Assembly (NCBI GenBank): GCA_016214545.1
Contig: JACROH010000001.1
Location: forward strand, 32,149 to 96,148
Reading direction: 5' to 3'
Length of the DNA: 64,000 nucleotides
From: Candidatus Lloydbacteria bacterium
GTDB taxonomy: Bacteria; Patescibacteriota; Minisyncoccia; Phycocordibacterales; 21-14-all-47-15
Numbering within the stretch: position 1 is the stretch's first letter; every line of letters starts with the position of its first letter. Shown in pieces: positions 58,977 to 64,000 of this stretch. A program made the translations under genes and the position numbers. The notes under the pieces were generated by a model. That model was not told where the DNA came from, made no database searches, and saw nothing but the letters and a program-made list of their open reading frames with translations.

Positions 58977-59801
58977 ATGTTTGAAATGATCGCTCAGGGG
59001 AAAACAAAGAAAATATGGCCGCACGTGGATGTTGAAAACATGGTAGAGATAGAGAACAAAGACGATGTGACTGCCGGCGATGGGAAGAAACATGATATCA
59101 TAAAAGACAAAGGCTCCTTTGCCACTCAAGTAACCGTGCAGTGTTTCAGGCTTCTTGAAAGAGAAGGGGTGAAAACCCACTTCAGAGACTGCAATCTTGC
59201 CGAACAAAATAATGTGTTTGTCGCTCGCCAATGTAAGATGATTCCGATTGAGGTGGTGGTGCGCCGGTTTGCGGAAGGGTCGTATCTCAAGCGGTATCCT
59301 GATACGAAAAAAGGCGAACGATTTGAAACGCCGCCGGTCGAGTTCTTTTTGAAAGATGATAGATTGCATGACCCGCTGATTGTGTATCAGGGGTGCGATA
59401 TGTGGTATTCGTATTCGGCATCAGAAATATTTCACGGAGGAGAGCCGGAAGACCGGAGAAATATACTGTTTGGAGCCGATTTTTTTCAAGATGTGCGGTT
59501 GTGTCGAAAAATAATTGCACGAATGCAACAGACAGCAAGGCTCGTGTTTTTAATCCTAGAAAAAGCATGGGAAACGCAGCGTCATACGCTTATTGACCTC
59601 AAAATTGAATTTGGATTTGATTGCGGGACCGGCGAACTCCTCGTTGCCGATACGATCGACAATGATTCGTGGAGGCTTCGCCGTGGTGGCAAAGACGGCA
59701 AAGAGATGAGCAAGCAAGCGTATCGTGACGGCGAGCCGCTGGAAACGGTGCGCAACAACTATTTTGAAGTGGCCGTCTCGTCGCTTTCTTTTATGGAATA
59801 A
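58977..59801 (+). CDS. purC: SAICAR synthetase
   Basis: GKTKKI, D.VTAGDG, MIPIEVVVR..A.GSY.KR, E.F.KDD..HDP, LIDLKIEFG and D.IDNDSWR motifs. Confidence 0.88.
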   Translation: MFEMIAQGKTKKIWPHVDVENMVEIENKDDVTAGDGKKHDIIKDKGSFATQVTVQCFRLLEREGVKTHFRDCNLAEQNNVFVARQCKMIPIEVVVRRFAEGSYLKRYPDTKKGERFETPPVEFFLKDDRLHDPLIVYQGCDMWYSYSASEIFHGGEPEDRRNILFGADFFQDVRLCRKIIARMQQTARLVFLILEKAWETQRHTLIDLKIEFGFDCGTGELLVADTIDNDSWRLRRGGKDGKEMSKQAYRDGEPLETVRNNYFEVAVSSLSFME

Positions 59802-59881
59802 TGAAGTTTTTAATTTTTAAGCCACCGTCTTTCAAGACAGTGGCTTTTGTTTTTTTGCGGAGTTACCGCTATACTTTGTAT

Positions 59882-60229
59882 ATGATAGTTTTTATTGCGC
59901 AATGGTTTGTTAATGCCCTGGGCGTTTTGGCGGCCGGGTATTTTGTCCCCGGGGTATCCGTGACGTCATTCTATATTGCCCTCATCGTCGCCGCTTTTCT
60001 TGGGGTGCTCAATCTTTTAGTGCGCCCGATTTTAGTAGTGCTCACGCTGCCTATTACGCTTTTGACGCTCGGGCTCTTTACGTTTGTCATCAATGCGCTT
60101 CTCTTTTGGTTTCTCGCCTCATTTATTCAAGGATTTGCGGTGGCAGGATTTTTTGCCGCATTTGTCGGGGCGTTGGTGGTATCAGCCATAAGTTTTATCG
60201 GACGACATTTTATTGAAATGATTGACTGA
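59882..60229 (+). CDS. 4-TM phage-holin-family (YvlD-like) membrane protein
   Basis: LGVLNLLVRPILVVLTLPITLLTLGLFTFVINA motif. Confidence 0.88.
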   Translation: MIVFIAQWFVNALGVLAAGYFVPGVSVTSFYIALIVAAFLGVLNLLVRPILVVLTLPITLLTLGLFTFVINALLFWFLASFIQGFAVAGFFAAFVGALVVSAISFIGRHFIEMID

Positions 60230-60230
60230 T

Positions 60231-61124
60231 ATGACGCCGCCGGTACGCATCGTGACTCATAGCGGGAAATGTCATGCCGATGACGTATTTGCCGTGGCAT
60301 CACTCGTATTACTTCACGAAAGAAAAAATATTCCTCATGAAATTATTCGTTCCAGGGATCCGCTAGTCTGGGAGAGCGGTGATTATGTGATAGATGTCGG
60401 TGATGTATATGATGCGTCACGAAATCGATTTGACCATCACCAAGAAGGAAGAGCCGGCGCCCGTGAGGACGGTATTTTTTATTCCTCGTTCGGTTTGGTG
60501 TGGAAATCATACGGCGAAACACTGTGCGGCTCAAAAGAAGCGGCTGATATTGTGGAAATGAAATTGGTTGAACCGATAGACGCAGCGGATAATGGAATGA
60601 GTATTGCGACGCCAAAATACGAGCGGGTAAAACCGTATGAAATTGGCGATGTGGTAGAAGCTTTTTCGTTAGGGTGGGAAGAGCGGCGCAGTTTTGATAG
60701 TGTTTTCTTTGAAATTCTTGCCGTGGCAAAAAAAATTTTGGAAAGAGAAATTTTACGCGCGCAGGGCGTGGTGCGGTCGCGGGTGTATGCGGAGCAGGCG
60801 TATAAAAATGCGGCCGACAAACGGCTTATTTTACTCGATAGGTATTTTCCATGGCGTGATGTATTACAGCAATACCCCGAGCCGCTTTTTGTCGTTTATC
60901 CGGCTGATGGGGAAGTGTGGCACGTAAAAGCCGTCCCGGCTAAGGGATTTTTATTTAAAAACAGAAAAGATTTGCCGGCCCAATGGGCCGGCAAAGCTGG
61001 TGAATTTCTTGCAAAAATTACCGGAGTTCCTGACGCCCTATTTTGTCACAATAATTTATTTCTTGCGGTGGCAAAAACAAAAGAAGGTGCTATCGCCCTT
61101 GCGAAAAAAGCCCTTGAAGTATAA
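60231..61124 (+). CDS. MYG1 family exonuclease/hydrolase
   Basis: THSG..HADD, RSRD, DVG..YD...RFDHHQ, SSFGLVW, IDA.DNG and FCH motifs. Confidence 0.92.
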   Translation: MTPPVRIVTHSGKCHADDVFAVASLVLLHERKNIPHEIIRSRDPLVWESGDYVIDVGDVYDASRNRFDHHQEGRAGAREDGIFYSSFGLVWKSYGETLCGSKEAADIVEMKLVEPIDAADNGMSIATPKYERVKPYEIGDVVEAFSLGWEERRSFDSVFFEILAVAKKILEREILRAQGVVRSRVYAEQAYKNAADKRLILLDRYFPWRDVLQQYPEPLFVVYPADGEVWHVKAVPAKGFLFKNRKDLPAQWAGKAGEFLAKITGVPDALFCHNNLFLAVAKTKEGAIALAKKALEV

Positions 61125-61151
61125 GGGGACCTATGTGGTATACTGTATTTT

Positions 61152-61613
61152 ATGAAACGAGAACTGAAAGAAGGAGTCAAAGCGCCCGATTTTTCTTTGC
61201 CGGCGGATGACGGGGGCGAGGTTCGTCTGTCTGATTATCTGGGCAAGCAAGTGGTGTTGTATTTTTATCCCAAAGATATGACCCCCGGGTGTACGTGCGA
61301 AGCGAATGACTTTACCGCAAATCTCGGCGCTTTTAAGAAAAAAGGCGTTGTCGTGCTTGGCGTTAGTCCTGACAGCACCGATTCGCATAAAAAATTTATC
61401 AAAAAAGAAAAAATTTCTTTTGCGCTTCTTTCCGATGAATCAAAAAAGACGCTTGAGGCATACGGCGTGTGGAAAGAAAAAAGCATGTACGGAAAAAAAT
61501 ATATGGGAGTTGAGCGAAGCACTTTTTTGATAGATAAACACGGCGTCATTAAAAAAATATGGAGAAAGGTAAGTGTTCCCGGGCACGCTGAAGAGGTGCT
61601 CGCGGCTGTCTAA
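61152..61613 (+). CDS. bcp: peroxiredoxin Bcp
   Basis: YFYPKDMTPGCT.EA and ERSTFLID motifs. Confidence 0.93.
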   Translation: MKRELKEGVKAPDFSLPADDGGEVRLSDYLGKQVVLYFYPKDMTPGCTCEANDFTANLGAFKKKGVVVLGVSPDSTDSHKKFIKKEKISFALLSDESKKTLEAYGVWKEKSMYGKKYMGVERSTFLIDKHGVIKKIWRKVSVPGHAEEVLAAV

Positions 61614-61619
61614 TGCTTT

Positions 61620-63023
61620 ATGGCGGAATATATTCCCACAATCGGACTTGAGGTGCATGCGGAATTGAAAACGCGGACAAAAATGTTCTGCGATTCAAAA
61701 AATGACCCGGACGAAACGTGCCCGAATGTAAACGTCTGCCCGGTGTGCATGGCGCATCCGGGGACGCTGCCCGTTATCAATAAAGAAGCGGTCAAACATA
61801 TCGTAAAAATAGGAAAGGCGGTCGGCGGGGCCGTTGCCGATTTTACTGAATTTGACCGAAAAAATTATTTTTATCCCGATATCCCAAAAGGCTATCAAAT
61901 CAGCCAGTATGAGCACCCGATCGTTTTGGGCGGCACTCTGGACGGCGTTGCGCTTACGCGAGTGCATCTGGAAGAAGACACGGCGAGTTCATCGCACGAG
62001 ACGGGAGACTATTCGCTCGTTGATTTTAATCGTGCCGGAGTTCCGCTTATGGAGTTGGTGACGGAACCGGTGATAAAAAGCGCGAAACAAGCGGGGCATT
62101 TTGCGCGTGAGCTGCAATTGCTTTTGCGCACGCTCGGCGTATCGGAGGCAAATATGGAAAAAGGAGAAATGCGCGTGGAGGCGAACGTTTCAGTGGCTCA
62201 GGAAGGAGCGCGCGGCACCAAAGTGGAAATCAAAAACCTCAATTCATTCAAGAGCGTAGAGCGGGCGATTGAATATGAAATCGCGCGTCAGAGCGCCGCT
62301 TTGGAAAAGGGGGAGCGTATTGTACAAGAAACACGCGGATGGGATGAAAATGCGGGGAAGACATTTTCACAGCGATTGAAAGAAACATCGCAGGATTACC
62401 GCTATTTCCCGGACCCCGATTTGCCGAAATTGTGGCTTTCAAAAATATCTGATTTTCAAAATATGGCATTACCGGAGTTGCCATGGCAGAAGCGCGAGCG
62501 CTATGCGAAGGTATACGGCATCAAATCAGAAGATATAGAAGCGTACGTGACCGATGAAGCACTCGGCGGCTTTTTTGAGGGGGTCATGGCGGTTTTGGGT
62601 GAAGATAGGGCGTTTGCGGTGCTTGCATCAAACTACATTACCTCTGACCTTGTCGGCCTGATGAAGACTTCCGGCACGGGGTTGGGTATTCTCAAGCCCG
62701 AATCGTTTGCCCTCTTGATGCGAATGGCGCGCGATGGGGCGGTTTCTTCCCGCGGAGCAAAAGATATTTTGGCGGTTCTCTTTGTTTCCGGCGGAGACCC
62801 AAAACAGGTTGCCGAAGAAAAAGGATTGCTTCAGCAAAGCGATGAGGGAGCGCTCAAGGCGGTCGTACAAAAAATTATTTCGGAACACCAAAAAGTGGCG
62901 GATGAATATAAAAACGGCAAAGAATCGGCCCTTCAGTTTTTCATCGGGCAGGGGATGAAAGAAACAAAAGGATCGGCAAACCCCGCCGTTCTCAAAAAAA
63001 TATTTATTGAACTGTTAAAATAA
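61620..63023 (+). CDS. gatB: Asp/Glu-tRNA amidotransferase subunit B
   Basis: IGLEVHAEL, FDRKNYFYPD.PKGYQISQ, HLEED, VEIKNLNS and DYRYFPDPDLP motifs. Confidence 0.97.
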   Translation: MAEYIPTIGLEVHAELKTRTKMFCDSKNDPDETCPNVNVCPVCMAHPGTLPVINKEAVKHIVKIGKAVGGAVADFTEFDRKNYFYPDIPKGYQISQYEHPIVLGGTLDGVALTRVHLEEDTASSSHETGDYSLVDFNRAGVPLMELVTEPVIKSAKQAGHFARELQLLLRTLGVSEANMEKGEMRVEANVSVAQEGARGTKVEIKNLNSFKSVERAIEYEIARQSAALEKGERIVQETRGWDENAGKTFSQRLKETSQDYRYFPDPDLPKLWLSKISDFQNMALPELPWQKRERYAKVYGIKSEDIEAYVTDEALGGFFEGVMAVLGEDRAFAVLASNYITSDLVGLMKTSGTGLGILKPESFALLMRMARDGAVSSRGAKDILAVLFVSGGDPKQVAEEKGLLQQSDEGALKAVVQKIISEHQKVADEYKNGKESALQFFIGQGMKETKGSANPAVLKKIFIELLK

Positions 63024-63042
63024 AGGTTCCCAGATAAAATGA

Positions 63043-63070
63043 AAAACCGCCTTCGAGAGAGGCGGTTTTG
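63043..63070. terminator. bidirectional terminator
   Basis: AAAACCGCCT...AGGCGGTTTT. Confidence 0.75.
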
Positions 63071-63096
63071 TTGCGGAAAATAAAAAGATTTTTCAA

Positions 63097-63453
63097 TTAT
63101 TGATCGAAATATGCTTTTTTAAGCAAGGACATTAATTGTCCTATGAATGTCATAACCCATCCGACGAATAAAGGGAAAGAGACCAAGCCAAAACTTTTCA
63201 TAAAAAGGTCGGGAAGGAAACATAAAGACGCGACTATGGCAATATAGACCTGTGTTGCGCGTGTATTGGCGGGCACTTTTATCCTTCCCCATTGGCCGCC
63301 GATAATTATAAAAAACAGCTGTGCTATGGGTGTCCACCACGCGATTTCGCCCGCACGAACAAATATTTCAGCAAAGGCTACGACATAAAGAAAGATGAGG
63401 GCAAGCAGGGTTGTTACAAGGTTTAATACGGACCTCTCTTTTTCCGAAAACAT
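63097..63453 (-). CDS. hypothetical 4-TM membrane protein
   Basis: GGGAGG SD, an upstream TTGACA, and hydrophobic segments. Confidence 0.65.
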   Translation of the reverse strand: MFSEKERSVLNLVTTLLALIFLYVVAFAEIFVRAGEIAWWTPIAQLFFIIIGGQWGRIKVPANTRATQVYIAIVASLCFLPDLFMKSFGLVSFPLFVGWVMTFIGQLMSLLKKAYFDQ

Positions 63454-63573
63454 AGGTGCCTCCCAGGTTTGAGGTAGCGAGTCGATTCTCTTTATTTATT
63501 ACTACAATTTATGCTCTATGTCAAATCAAAAAAGTTTTCATCGGGCTTTATTTATTTGGTATACTGTATGTAT

Positions 63574-64000
63574 ATGAAAAAAATGAAACTTGCCATCAAC
63601 GGCTTCGGAAGAATCGGGCGGATATTCTTCCGACAAGCGTACGAAAATCCCAATTTTGATATTGTTGCGATAAATGATCTCGGCTCCAAAGAAAATCTTT
63701 TGTATTTGCTCCGCCACGACAGCGTGTACGGGAAATACGAAACAATGATTTCAAAAGACCTCGTGTTTCTTTCCGAAAGAGACCCAAGCCGGTTGCCATG
63801 GAAAGAGATGGATGTTGATGTAGTGGTTGAGTCCACCGGAGTTTTTGAGTCGTACGAAAAAGCGAAAGCGCACCTTTCGGCCGGAGCAAAGCGGGTGGTG
63901 ATCACGGCGCCGGTCAAAGATGATGAGGCAAAGACGTTTACTCCGAACGTGGGGGTTGATATGGCAGGGCTTTCTCAGATTACCTCAAATGCGTCGTGCA
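63574..64000 (+). CDS. gap: glyceraldehyde-3-phosphate dehydrogenase (5' part; runs off window)
   Basis: Translated by hand: AINGFGRIGR, VAINDL, HDSVYG, VVESTG and SNASC. Confidence 0.95.
   Translation, partial: MKKMKLAINGFGRIGRIFFRQAYENPNFDIVAINDLGSKENLLYLLRHDSVYGKYETMISKDLVFLSERDPSRLPWKEMDVDVVVESTGVFESYEKAKAHLSAGAKRVVITAPVKDDEAKTFTPNVGVDMAGLSQITSNASC

Noticed and set aside
59882..60229. Prophage lysis module suggested by the holin-family gene (and the Gp88-like gene at 18639)
   Set aside because: No endolysin, structural or integrase genes are present, and this membrane family is commonly chromosomal.

Overview
Core-chromosome window from a Patescibacteria (CPR, most likely Parcubacteria) genome using genetic code 11. 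The assignment is inferred from the CPR-style pilins, MYG1, eukaryote-type PMM and leaderless gene layout. Housekeeping content: tmRNA, smpB, ftsH, a MacAB-type ABC exporter, tRNA-Ile(UAU), recG, tRNA-Ser(GCU), ligA, recA, ftsK, murB, secA, gatB and partial gap. Other content: a fused alpha-beta 2-oxoacid:ferredoxin oxidoreductase with separate gamma subunit, a PMM/PMI/GH130 mannoside cluster, comF with a full type IV pilus locus, a 1211-aa S-layer-like protein, and a secreted lipase-like multidomain protein with a small partner. No rRNA, CRISPR array, integrase or transposase was seen. The main unexplained signals are: (1) a structured non-coding element attached to the 3' end of all three tDNAs, carrying a target-matched antisense copy, direct repeats and covarying hairpins; (2) a four-helix-bundle/wHTH gene next to ftsK that contains its own ATAAA(A/G)GACA repeat array; (3) DnaA boxes about 29-39 bp upstream of -10 elements of surface genes; (4) an unannotated 29-aa protamine-like peptide gene; (5) a small RNA complementary to the murB leader; (6) a split between leaderless core genes and SD/boxA-led accessory genes. 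All analysis was by eye, with no database searches.
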